Source: Lingula anatina
Taxonomy: Eukaryota > Animalia > Brachiopoda
Direction of reading: 5' to 3'
NCBI GenBank assembly: GCA_051362555.1
Contig: CM120643.1
Span: 13,862,644-13,926,643 of the forward strand
DNA length: 64,000 bases
Every line of letters begins with the position of its first letter. Positions within the stretch are counted from its first letter, which is position 1. Positions 47,818 through 61,471 of the stretch are shown piece by piece. A model generated the notes under the pieces. That model did no database searches. It was not told the DNA's origin and saw only the letters and a list, made by a program, of their open reading frames with translations. The position numbers and the translations under genes are program-made.

Positions 47818-49644
47818 TTAGTTTCAGAATAGTTTTAACTTACAAGCACTTTTACAGCCATACAATTATAATTAAAGCAGTTGAATGGCTGGCAGAGGAA
47901 ACTCCAGTAAAGTACATGTAGACCTGGGTGGGTTTTGAGACTTCGCCATTAAGGACCAAAATTAACTTCACATTTCCCAGCTATTTAAAAACACTGCTTG
48001 TTTACAAGAAGGCTTTTGAATTTCATCCATTGGTAAAAACCAATGATAAAAACCAATGGTAAAAAGGAAAAATTCTTTGAGTAAGGTTTAGTGAAATTGC
48101 AAGATCTTGTATTTCAAAGTTTTGTTAAATGTTGTTCAACGTGTGTCAACATGATGTTATTAAGTCTTGTTGTGCCAATTTTTTACAACTCTTGCATCAT
48201 TTGGAGCAAAAAAGTGTAACCGTTTTATCTTTGATTAGTCCCATACTTCAGTAAGTAATGTAAGTGAAAAAGTGAAAGCTCATAGCAAGCTGTAAAAGTT
48301 AGTGCCAATAGCTCCATTTATTGTGAAAAAATGGAATATTTTGCTTCTTTAAGGCACACTCAGAGAAAGATATTGCCCTACCACTTAAAACTTCTACATA
48401 AATATTAATTATATCAGTAATGGTATCATTAATATGCCCAATATAAAGTAGAATTTATGTTATATATTGCAATATACTCCATCTTTGTTGTGCACTTTTT
48501 AGAAATATTTTGTGTGTAATGGTTATTAAAAAAATTACTCTTACTTTTGATGTATCTTCCAGAGAGCTTTGGAGATATCTACAGCTATTATATAAAAGTA
48601 ATATACATTATTTTTAGAAATAGTTTTTATAACATTACTTAGTGGGGACAGTGTTGTTTTTCTCAACCGAAAAAAAAAAACAAACAAAAAACATTCCATT
48701 CTTATATTCCTCCACCCTCACATAATGTATTTATTTTCAAATGGGCTAGCGACTGCTTAAACATTATTTCAAAAAAAGTTCTTATTATCCAATTTATCAA
48801 GTTTCCATCTATAACAGGCTTCCAGCATGGTAACAGATGCCGTTCATAGTTTTTAGCTGTGAATTCTCCAAGTTTTCCTGAGCATTTGGCATAGCATGGT
48901 AGACAAAACAAATCAATCCTGACAGTAGTAGGTAAAATGGGCAGTCCTATTTATAGATTAACATTTCATCTAGTCTGGGCATGGGGTTTAATTATGCGGC
49001 AGCTTTCTGTGGTCGTCAATAGGTATCCTAGTACTTTTTTTCTTCATTTTTTAAATTCTTACTTCATTTTCTATGAGTATTTTTTGTTGGTGTGATCGCA
49101 TATCATTAGTAACCACCATAGTTATGATTTTTTTAATGGAATGATAATTGTTTATTACTACAATAACAAATATTTACCTAAAAGGTAACAATTATTCTAC
49201 CTGTGCATGAATAGCTACAAGCAGTAACTATTATCAGGATAGAAATTATATAGTTTTTACTGCAGCAGTAAGTTAAAATAAATTAAACAATTATGGTGGT
49301 AAATGTCTATTTCACCAGACTCTTAATGGTATAGTTCGAATGCCAACCCTTTCACTACTTTGGTTTTAAAAGTTGCAGAATATTGGAATAAGTTTTGCAG
49401 GCTAAATCACTCGAAATACATTCAAGGTTCATTTATTAACTACTGACAACTGATTAAATGTAACATTTCTTGGTTTGCCCTAATGAATAAAACAACAACA
49501 TAAACTGTAGATTAACATCTAACTTTCAATGTCAGTAGTTTAATGCAATCAATTTTCACAGGCTTTTACATGTTTTTCATGTTCTCAGTTCATGTCAACC
49601 ACCAAGTGGGAATTTTATTCAACCCAGCACTTCAGCAAAACTCG

Positions 49645-49815
49645 CAGAGCATTTAGAAACACTGAAGCATTTTCTTCAGGACTGTTCACACAAGGTTATG
49701 ATGGATTGAATAAGAGGCCAAAAATTTTCACATCCTTGCTGAGCATTCAGAAACACTAAAGCATTTTCTTCAGGACTGTTCACACAAGGTTATGATGGAT
49801 GGAGTATGAGGCCCT
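49645..49815. repeat. Tandem duplication (two ~75-bp copies, period ~94 bp)
   Basis: GAGCATT.AGAAACACT.AAGCATTTTCTTCAGGACTGTTCACACAAGGTTATGATGGAT repeated twice. Confidence 0.85.
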
Positions 49816-49917
49816 TTATTTTCACACCAGGTGGTACAGAATACCAACTTATGGTCTGATAAATAGGGAAAAGTCATTTAGAGCTCGTTCATAACAGCCA
49901 ATCTGCAGATTAAATAT

Positions 49918-50084
49918 GGCCAACTCCACTCAAAAAAGCAGAGACGTTAATTCCCTGATGGTCTCCCTGCTTTTACTCACGTTGTCCCTGCAAGGGGCTA
50001 GCAATTTAACCTCATTTAATGGCACATGTAGAGGTGGAGAGACCATCAGGGAATTAGCGGCATTGCTTTTTAAGTGGGTTTGGC
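49918..50084. mobile_element. Fold-back MITE
   Basis: GGCCAA..CCACT.AAAAAGCA and TAATTCCCTGATGGTCTC mirrored at the right end. Confidence 0.6.
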
Positions 50085-50315
50085 CATATTTAGTTGGCGG
50101 ATCAGTTAGTCCGCCAATCATTTGTTCATTGCACAACACATGACCCAAGTTAACCAGATTACTTATGGTTAGTCCAAACAGTTGAAGACGTACTTGTAAA
50201 GGGGACCCCCCCCCCCCCCCTTCTCGTCCCAACTATGATGTAGATAAGTATACTACACAATGTAATAAAGCATCATCAGTCTTGAAACTTCATGTCTGGA
50301 TGAAATTTAGTCATG

Positions 50316-50640
50316 AAACTAGAAAAGCGCAGACCGAAAAACAAGAGCGCAGACCCCCGCCAAGGCAGCAAAGTCTCCACCCAATGCCGTTTCACCCCTT
50401 AATTTTCATTCTATAATGATTTAGTTTTTTGATTTTTGATTATTGATTGATTATTGATCCAGATCACCACCAAAAACTAATCATCTGTTCCCTGGCCCAC
50501 TTCTGACAGTTCCTGAAATTTTCATCAAAATCAGTCCATAACTTTTTGAGTTATGTTGATGACAGACAGACAGACAGAAAGACCGACCGACAGACAAACA
50601 AACAGGGGTGAAAACATAACCTCCTTGGCGGAGGTAATAA
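50316..50640 (-). mobile_element. Helentron-associated non-autonomous element (HINE/DINE-1-like)
   Basis: Subterminal inverted repeat CC(T/C)CCGCCAAGG / CCTTGGCGGAGG, terminal hairpin, (GTCT)n microsatellite, CTAGTTT end, T-rich flanks. Confidence 0.75.
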
Positions 50641-53600
50641 TTGATGAGCTAATGACTTTGGTTTGCTCATTTATTAAGTATGGTGTGATTTGTTTCGAAT
50701 CGGACTTTATCGTTCTATCTGTGTCTTGTGTGAATACGGCATGTGATTTCTTGATATTGTACTTGAAGTGGTAACCAGCTGATGTTTTCATATTTGGGTT
50801 CCATGCATATGTTTTATCAAACAGATTTTGTTTCTTCATAGTGATAAATTTTATGCTGTGACTGCATGGCATGCGCGACATAATACTTATGTCAGAGTAG
50901 ATCTGATTAAGACATAAATTTCCCAGTCAAAGGAGGAAATGCTTTTTAAAATATTTTAGATACTTAAAAGTATTATCTGTGTATTTAAGTCACTATTTTT
51001 TTCTTTTTTCCACTCCCCTCTTTCTTTCCTTTTTTCTTGCTTTAAAAAAGATTATCTGTGTTCACCATGCTGTTAGTAATAGTGTATGTTTGCAGTCATG
51101 TTCTGAAATCAAGCTTTCGTGTTGTACATGTATATTCTTTACTCAGTAAATAAGGTATCCAATAAAATCTGGAAAAAAATGCTTTTAGTAACTTTGACAA
51201 AGAAACATGTCATTTGCTCTGGCACTTAAAGCAATTTCTCTTCGGCCTCAAGGTGATCAAATTATTAGGAAGTTCATAGAAGTCTAATTCAATCAAAATA
51301 CAACAATGACCTGGTAAAAGGGTCCTTGGAGCTGTGTGTAAAACTTGGTGAAAACACATGTCTTAGGCTGCACAGGAATATATCAGTGTTGATGGCGGTT
51401 CTTTCTCAAAAGCTGCAGGATTTCACGCTTAATCAAATTCAGCTGAAAACACTGTATACTTCTGTCGAGGTTCATTAAATGTCAGACCAACTGTGTCCTT
51501 TATGGGCCAAATAAACTTGACTGTTCCCACTGAGTACCTGTAAAGGGTTACGTTTTCATTATTTTGCCAAAACTTGGCTGTTTTCTGGCAGAAATGTGGT
51601 GTATTGGTGCATATCTCCTCTGTCGACAGAGGCCTGGATCACTGCTGAAAAGAGCTTTGGCTGGAAAATTGGTCTCAACTGCAAGACCAAATTAGAGTTT
51701 ATTTTGCATTAATTTACTTTAAACCAATTAAATGAAATAGTGTCTGTTTTGTAACAAGAAATAGATGGGTAATGTTTTGTTTTTGACCAATAATTATTTT
51801 CATAATATCAATTTTTTTTATTAGAGCAGACTAAATTTTCAGCTTGAAGTTTAGGCCAATTTTCTGGCTTAAGTTCTTGGGTTTTGACTCTGGAAATTAT
51901 TTAGATGGGGATGGTGGGGGGGGGGGGGATAACATGATCCTTATTCCCTAAACCACTTCCCCCTGGTTCCACTTGAAGAAATCTCTAAATGGATCCAGTG
52001 ACACTTCCCCCTTGCTAGGATCTGTCACTCTTATAAATATGGAAAATCTGTAATCTCAATTTGATGTAAGATAACATTGACACAAACAGATTTTCTACTA
52101 AATTTGTGTCTTGTGGGAATGTTTTGAACCAGTTTTGCCAGATTTTATGTACAATTATTTCCTGTATTTCATTGTAACACTTTGCAGAAATGTTAGGGTG
52201 CCATAAATTACGTTGAAATTGTTTGTTTGGCATGTCATAAAACATACTGACACTTCTTATGAACAATTGAATGTACATTGAAACATGCTTAACTTTTACA
52301 GTAGATATCTTTTAAAGATAACAGAAATCAAAATCACAAAGCATTGGGAAAATATGTAAAAGTCAAAACATATGAATGACCACTCATTCGACCAATAATT
52401 GTTCAGCACTTTATTGAGGTCAGGGACTTATATTTTTGAATTTAAAAGATGGTGAAACTTGTGTATAGCTGGCTAAAGTAATAAGAATCACCTTTAAAAA
52501 TTTTGAAAATGCATGTGCTGTAGGTCCACAGCTTTGTATGGGGGTGGGGTAGATGACATAATTACAACACCCAGATATTGGGATTTCCAGGTAAATCAAT
52601 ACAATTTTCATCTCTTATCACGAGGATAAGGTGACAACCATTGTAGTTTTTTTAGGGAAAAGCACAAATCCAGTCCTCCAGGTTGTTTATTACTCAAGTT
52701 ACTTGACTAACATTGACATTTGTCTGCGTGTTTGTGTTTTCACTGTAAGTTCTTATCACCCTATGGGCTGCAGAGGCATAAATTACAACAGGAAAACCTG
52801 TGTGGCAACGCATTGTATCATAGGCATATCAACAAACCTGGGCACACCATATTTTAACATCTTTTGCAAAATAAAGGGAAATGAATTAATAAATATAAAT
52901 AATGAATACAAATAAAAAATTAATTAAAATTTTTTTGAAATAATTAGTCATGAATGTCTTTTAATTAGGCTTTTAATTAGCCATTTAGAATGGCTTTTAA
53001 TTTAAGCTTAAGGTATATGTAAGACTAGTGAACCTGCATCTGTAATTTCAAACGAACTCTGTTTATTGAAGTACCCTGTACACAAAGACATTTATCATTC
53101 TTTTCCCCCCCAAGTTCACAGTCCTTCATTTATAATTCCTTTTTTATCCAAATTGTAAATGCACTGAAGTATTATTAAAGAGCATTTTGCATTTAGAACT
53201 CGATATAAACATGGTCAGTAAGTATTTGGAAAATGACCAAGTATTAATCAAATGCAATAAGAAAAGGGACAATACAACAAGGTCATGGAAATTGTAATTT
53301 TTTTTTGTTCATAATTAAATAAATAAATAAAATATAAAAATGTGTGACCTGTTCAAGATGCAAATCCCCAGAACCTTGAAACTCGGGAGACATTGAAATA
53401 GTTGTTTTGTCTCAAAAATAACAAAGTCATATCTAGTAAGAGGGGTTTAACTTTACTGATCTATTTTATTAATTTTTTTATAAAATCAATTAACAACCAA
53501 ATCACAAAAATCAATCTTGAAATTCAATTCATTTAAGTCACATTTTAGCAGTCACAAATAATAATCCAAGTTGTTATTTCTTACAAATTAATACTACTGA

Positions 53601-54146
53601 ATTACATACAGCTATCATCATAAATAACTTTTTTCAGTTTTTTTTTCACTATGGCCTCCTGTCTAACCAAAATATAGATTAAAATGTACAAAATTTGACC
53701 TGTTGTCATAGCTACCACATGGTCTCTTGTCACAGACAAAAACCCAATAACATTAGTGTAGGAAAAAAACTTCATAAGCACAAATCTTTGTTACAAATTA
53801 TATTTCTAAATTTGAATGCTCAATGTTTATTTATGTAGAGATTTTCTTCACTTCTCACTTATGACCAAATTATGTACAAAATCATTAATCCACTTTTTCT
53901 CAACATGTTCTTATTGACTGTTAAAATTTAATAAATCAAAAGAAATCAGAATTGCATTGTAAATGTACATTACTCACTCTGTACATGATTAAATACGAGT
54001 ACAAATCTAATGCTTTTCTCATTACAAAATATAACTAAATGAATGGTAAAAATAAAACAATAACTGGCATCTTTTCCTCAATTTTCTTGAAAAAAATTGA
54101 AACCATGATTATTTTGCAAAGTAAGGTAAATAAATGAATAAAATAA

Positions 54147-54755
54147 AACAAGGCAGCAAAGCTGTCAAATGTACAGACAAAAAACAGAAAATAATGATGC
54201 AAAATAGGTCATTTTGCCAATTTTGATGCAATAATAAATAATGCTTATAATAGCACTGTTAGTCAACACTGAATTTTAATCATGCACAACAGGTAACATG
54301 GTCAATAACAGGAGCTGACCCAGAGATATTTTCTGACAGTATTCCAAAGTATCTTTGTTGATCCATCCTCTATTTTGATGATCTTCCAACAGAAAAAAAA
54401 ATAAATATCAGTCAATATAAATTTAAAAACCGAACGTCTTCCGGAAGCTGACCCAGAAGATGGTCTCAATCCATCCCTTCAATAAGATTACAGTATCAGG
54501 ACCATGAGAGACCAAAGTCACATGATGAAAGTCTCAATATTTGAAAAATGATGACAGTGCATAAAATAATATTACATAATGTTTGAAAACATAAATAACA
54601 TACAACTACTTATGTGGAAATACAGAAAATGTGCAGAACTTCAGGCGGTTAAATATCACAAATGCAAGTGTTTGAGAAAAAAGTTATTAAGGAAAATAAA
54701 CAAAACTAGAAAAGCACTCCGAGAGTGCAGACCTCTGCCCAGGCAGCAATTGTTG

Positions 54756-54794
<39 letters not shown>

Positions 54795-57700
54795 TACCTG
54801 CATAATTTACCTCCATAATTATCACTGCTTCCTTATTATTAATCTAGCAGAGAGCTTAACCTTTGGGAGTTTACAGGGAGATATCAACAAGTGTGCTTTA
54901 TGTAATCTCAAATCACAAGTGTGCTTTATGTAGCCTATCAATTAGGCAAATTACTTTATAACTGAAATTAGCGAAGTGATACCCAAGGGAAATTTATAGA
55001 CTGACCCTCTCAAAGGTCTTTCAGGCCCATAAGTCACAACTTAAGAAGAGCACAAAACAATAATGCACAAAATAGGAGACTACCACTTCTGATGCAATAA
55101 TACATTATGTTTAACTGCACAGTCAACATCAAATTGTAATTTTGCACAACAGGTAACACCGACGAAAGTAAAAGCATAAGGCTTCAGGCCCATCAGAGTT
55201 CAAGTTTATACTTAGAAAGTGCCAGAATGAGAAAAATGAAATTTCACACAAAATTGCATTAAATTCAATAATAAATGATAACCCAATTGACCTGGCTTTC
55301 TAATTTGAACTGCATGCCAATCCTAAAAATCATACTCTTAAGTTAAATATAATAATAAATAACACAGTTTTCTTTTCATAATGTTTGCAGTAGCAGTGCA
55401 AAAAGATTATTGTCAATTTTGATGTAACATTACATAATAAATTATAGAATAATTATCACCAATTTTTGATTATTGACTATAAATAGCATGAACATGTAGA
55501 AAATTTGATTACCATCCGGCTTCATGTCCATGGGAGCTCCGAGTCCCACAATGAATATGCCAAAAAGATAATGAATATTTCACTAAAATGTATAACTTCC
55601 AGAAAAAGAAGCCCATTAGACTGCTTTTCCAACTTGGGCTGCATTTTAGTCCTGTGTATCTTTTTTTGAAAGTTTGACAATAATAAGTAACACGGTTTTC
55701 CCATCATGGTCATCATGGCAGATGTGGATGATTGAATCTGACAAACTGCAATGATATGAGTTTATTTCCGTTTTGGACACTTGATTACACAATACATGAT
55801 AACAAGTTTACCATCATTTTTACATAATCAACTAATAATGTTGTAAAGATGCAGGAAATATCAAACAAACACGTTTACGTATCTTATTAGTTCAATAATG
55901 AGACTGTTAACATGCCTAAGAATTGAATCTGAGGAAATTTGAAAAAAACAGTACAACTTCTAAAATAATGGCCCGATAACGCTGATTTTCGAACTCAACC
56001 TGCATTTTTGTAAGATTGACCACTCCTGTGAGTATAATGACAATTGGCTAAGCTGTTTTTCTTATATTGTGTTATTAATGTTGCATATATGTTGAAAAAA
56101 GTGGAAAAACAGCATAAAAAAATTAAAAGAAAATGTAAAATAAAACATAACAAAAAATACCAATAAAGCTGCTATTCAAACTTTTAATCTAGCTGTACAA
56201 TTACTAACATGATATGAATAACCCTATTGAGTTTGAGAATAATAAGGCACTGTTATTCATCTTTAGCATTAATGTAAGCGTTACACAAAATTTTTTTTGT
56301 AAACTTATTTTCCATATTAAATAACATTTACCTGCATAATAATCATCGATTCCTAATTATGTGACACAGTTAAGAAAGCTAAACCGATGGGACTTTACAA
56401 TGAAATCTCAATGTGTGTTTATGTAATCTCATTTAATACCCACTTGAAAATTAATTAAGCAAATTATTTTATAACCCTGAAATAACTTGAAAATCAATTA
56501 AGCAAATTATTTTATAACCCTGAATTAACTGCCTACTATCCATATACATTTATTGCACCAAATAGCACTGTACTGCATTGCTTTCAAAACAGAAAACAAT
56601 TACGATGGTTTTCCAACACAAGCTGCACTTCAGTCTTTTCAGTAAGGTTGATTATCATAAGTAACATGGTTTTCCCTTAATCGCTATCCTGGCAGCAGTA
56701 TCCAAAATAGGGTTTTCTTTAACTTTCATGCAATATAACATAATACTTAACAGCATAATGACCATCAAATTTTTTATAAAAAAATAAAAGTATCATGGAT
56801 ATTCAGAAAATGTGATATGGAAAGGTCTCCAAGGACATGGAAGTTAGGGTCACACTTTCAAAATGCCAAAATGTTAACAAGAGATAACTGTACTGAAATG
56901 ATTTTCTTTCCATTTTCAACACCTTTTTTTACATAAAACCATCATCAATTAACTGTCATTTTTAAATGATCAACTAGGAAAATTGCTGACATAGGAAAAA
57001 TATCAATAGAACAATTTATAATGTCCAATTAGCTCCATTTGGAGATTCTGAACATAGTGAATGATTGAATCTGACGAACTGCAATGAGGAGTTCCTTTCC
57101 ATTTTTGATACTTTATTACACAATGCAGGATAATAAGTTTACCGTCATTTTTATATAATCAACTAACAATATTGTTAAGAAGCAGAAAATGTTAAAACAA
57201 CACTTTAACATATCCAATTAGTACCGTTATGAGACTGTTAACATGCTTAAGAATTAAATCTGAAGAAAAACCACTTATATACAAAAAGGCTAATAACTTC
57301 ATCAAAACTTAACTGATCAAGCTTATTTTCAAACTTGATCTGTATACTGGTCAGATTGATCACTCCTGTGAGTTGCAAGACAAAAGGCTGATTGGTTTTC
57401 CTTAAAATACGTTATCAGTGTTGCATGTATGCTGAATAAAGGGGAAAAAACAGCATTACTTTTGTAAAAATAGTCCAATCATGCCAATTTTCAAACTTGA
57501 CCTGCGTATTATAAATATTCACCAGTTCTGTAAATTTCAATCCAAGGAAAGGAAATACATTTTTACACTTATCATGTTATCAGTGTTATAAAAGTGCTGA
57601 AAAAATTGAAAAAAAAAAAAAAAAAAAAAAAAAAAAACAGGATAACTTCCATAAAAATTGCCCGATCTTGCTGATTTTCAAACTTGACCTGCGTATTATG

Positions 57701-58845
57701 ATTATTCATTAGTTCTGTAAGTTTCAAGCCAAATGAAAAAACTGTTTTCCACTTATTGTGTTATCAGTGCTGCATATATGCTGAAAAAAGTGAAAAAACA
57801 GCATAAATTCCCTAACAATAATCGAATCATGCTCATTTTCGAACTTGACTTGCGTATTATGAATATTTATCAGTTCTGCAAGTTTCAAGCCAAAAGGTAA
57901 ATTGGTTTTCCACTTATGGTGTTATCGGTGCTGCATATATGCTGAAAAAAAGTGAAAAAACAGCATAAATGCCCTAAAAATGACCCAATCATGCTGATTT
58001 TCGAACTTGACCTGTGTATTATGAATATTAATCAGTTTTGTAAGTTTCAAGCCAAAAGGTAGAATGGTTTTCCACTTATCGTGTTATCGGGGTTGCATAT
58101 ATGCTGAAAAAAGTGAAAAAACAGCATAAATTCCCTAAAAATGACCCGATCATGCTGATTTTCGAACTTGACCTGCGTATTATGAATATTCATCAGTTCT
58201 GTAACTTTCAAGCCAAAAGGTAAAATGGTTTTTCACTTATTGTGTTATCGGTGCTGCATATATGCTGAAAAAAGTGAAAAAACAGCATAAATGCCCTAAA
58301 AGTGACCCGATCATGCTGATTTTCGAACTTGACCTGCGTATTATGAATATTCATCAGTTTTGTAAGTTTCAAGTCAAAAGGTAAAATGGTTTTCCACTTA
58401 TCGTGTTATCAGTGCTGTATATATGCTGAAAAAAGTGAAAAAACAGCATAAATTCCCTAAAAGTGACCCGATCATGCTGTTTTTCGAACTTGACCTGCAT
58501 ATTATGAATATTCATCAGTTTTGTAAGTTTCAAGTCAAAAGGTACAATGGTTTTCCACTTATCGTGTTATCGGTGCTGCATATATGTTGAAAAAAGTGAA
58601 AAAACAGCATAAATTCCCTAAGAGTGACCCGATCATGCTGATTTTCGAACTTGACCTGCGTATTATGAATATTCATCAGTTCTGCAAGTTTCAAATCAAA
58701 AGGCAAAATGGTTTTCCACTTATCGTGTTATCGGTAAAAGTGCACGGCGACGGCGACGGCGACGGCGACAGCGACGGCGACGACGGCGACGACAGACGCA
58801 GATGATGGCTATATGTACAGACACATCTGTGTCTGTACATAAAAA
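54147..58845 (-). mobile_element. Large Helentron-type non-autonomous element with internal duplications and tandem array
   Basis: Right end: palindrome TATGTACAGACAC..GTGTCTGTACATA and (CGGCGA)n microsatellite. Left end: matching subTIR ATGTACAGACA (54169) next to hairpin GGCAGC-AAA-GCTGTC and AACAA. Confidence 0.7.
57290..58735. repeat. 161-bp tandem repeat array (~9 copies)
   Basis: GAACTTGAC recurs at 57841, 58003, 58164, 58325, 58486, 58647; more diverged copies near 57330, 57490, 57680. Confidence 0.95.
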
Positions 58846-59836
58846 CAAAATGAACACATTTACATCTAATAATAGAATTATATATATGCAAAAAACCATT
58901 ATTACATGACAAAATTGAGACCATTACTTGATATCTGGTTATCAGCATTTTCAATTTTTCTGAGCTCTTAAAAGATATTTATCTTTAAAGACAGTGTTGT
59001 TTTTGTGTCACAGCACACAAAAGATAATTAAATTTGGCTGTTTTGGTCTGTAATATTTGTTTTAAAGGGCAAATTAAGGCACAAGATTTCTATCACCATA
59101 TGCTAGCTATACTGAAAAAATATTGCAAATGGTTGCACTGCACCATAAAGTGAGTATGTGCAATTTGCAACCCCTACTCCCAGGCAGTTTTCAAATATGT
59201 ACAACTATAATGGTATTTGTATAAGACTCACTTTGGTTAAAAAGTCATTGCAATATTCTGCTGAATGTTGAAATTAGAAACCTATTTTAAAGAATTTTGG
59301 AGGTCTAACTACACAACACTACTTTAGTGACAGTATAATAACCAAATGTTATGAAGATATGTTTGTTCTTTTAACTGCTAGGTACATGTATAAAGATATT
59401 TACAGCATGACTGAGCTAAGTTTCCAGACAACTTTATTCTTTTGCATAACAGACACTGAATTAGAATGATCGTGACCCACTTGGGAACATGAAATACATC
59501 AAGTAACACACACGCACACACATACTGCTAAACAGAAAACAAGGATAATAAAAATAATATTGATAATGATACCTATGAGAATGACAATTATGCAGATTAG
59601 ATTTAATAAAAAAACTTTGCTGGAATCAGCCCCATACACAAATGGTCTCTCTCTCTCTCTCTCTCTGCCTACTAGCTGGTACACCTTTCCTACACACATT
59701 ACATCCATTTGCAAAATCTAATCTGACAGTTGAAAACATTATCAGACAGAGTATGTAAAACCTTTAATAAGTGGTAAAGCCTTTACCAGACATAGTGGAA
59801 ACTATTTCCCTACTCCCCCCCCCTCCCCCCCCCCCC

Positions 59837-59883
<47 letters not shown>

Positions 59884-61471
59884 ACCAGAAAATCTCCCTT
59901 CTGAAAGTCATCAACCTTTGGCTTTCCAAGTGCACTACTTTTTTACACCCCGTTTGATTCTCTTCTTTGTAATTCGATCTCACTTGTGTTCCAAAAACCA
60001 GACAAAATTGTACACTGGCACAAGGTCAGGCTGGGCAACAAACTACCAGTGACTTTAGACTCCTAATACAACATTAAAGACGACTAAACTAATCTGCAAC
60101 CGCCTCAATACACTTAATGCATTTCTAAGCTGTCTGTAGCAAATGCGAGGTTGGCAATGGGCTGGAAACCATCACTGGTACAGCTCTTCACTGTGCAGAG
60201 GTAGGAAATTTGAACCGATGGAAGTCTTCTGCTTTTCCAGCCAAATATGACTGACACAATTACAGCAGGTAAAGACATTCCTTAGTCACTGTCTAGTTTC
60301 TAAAGCAGGCCCTGGATAACCGAACAGGATACTGTTGCATGTATATCCAATCTGTGATGAAAAATTAAAACCTATACTGGCCCTTAGTGATACCAATTAA
60401 GGTCTAAGAATCCACTAACACAATTCGGAAACAGTAATAGGACAAATTAACTGGCCTGGCTTCAAATTTACTGGTATTAACCTGTTGGACAAATGGTAAT
60501 CCTTTATACTGTAATTATGTCATAATCAAATTGTGTGGAAGTGTAACTCATGTGCCGCAACATTGCTGTCACACTGACTGTGCAGGGCGACACGTGGGAG
60601 ACAGGGGGCAAGAGTATGATTATCATTACCTCCTTAAAAACCAAACCACTTGGTGCCGAATCTGTTCTTCCGTAGTATTAGGCAGATCTGTGTTGTTGAA
60701 ATGTTTTGATGCTGAATCTGTACTTCTGTGGATATTCAGCCACACCCAAATTGTTGAAAAACTCAAGTTTTTACACTGTTAAAGTTTGTTCATCACATAT
60801 AGGTATGTCTTTACAAATAAACTAAATTCCAAGTTTTGTAAGAACAAGAAAGGGCTTAATAACAACCCATATCTGAATGGAGATTTCTTTACCTGATGAC
60901 AATTTAAATATATCAGAATACAAAAGATATGATATTTCTTCCATCAAGAAATATCGTATTATATTATAAGAACGATTTCATTTATGAGCAAAAAATTATC
61001 TATACATAAATATCATACAATTTTTTAACACAAGCATACCGTTACGTTACTGTTAAATCTCAACTCCATTCCCCTGCACCTCAGTTGAAGACTTAAAGAA
61101 AAATATCATTGATATCATATACATCTTTTCTTTTCTTTTCTATGTACAGGCTTTACATATTACTAAAATATCAGTCAGTCTGCATATGTGTTAAATATTT
61201 TATCTGTGTGCTTAACACATAACTTGTGTAATAGATCATGCCTTTCTTCAATAGTTTTGATAATAGCATTTTACAGTTATATAAACTTAAGCACCATGCA
61301 AAACAGCCTGGCCCATTTCATAAAAAATGAAATATTCCTCATGAAATCTTTAAATTATAAAAAAGTGGCTGCCATTTTGAATAATCCTTCAACCCGTTCT
61401 TCAACAAAAATGTGGAAAAGCGCGCAAACGCAATTAAGTCTGAAATACCATTACTGTCACTGCTACTATTG

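Noticed and set aside
57290-58735. Regular repeat array as CRISPR
   Set aside because: Whole monomers repeat with no unique spacers; eukaryotic context and no cas genes.
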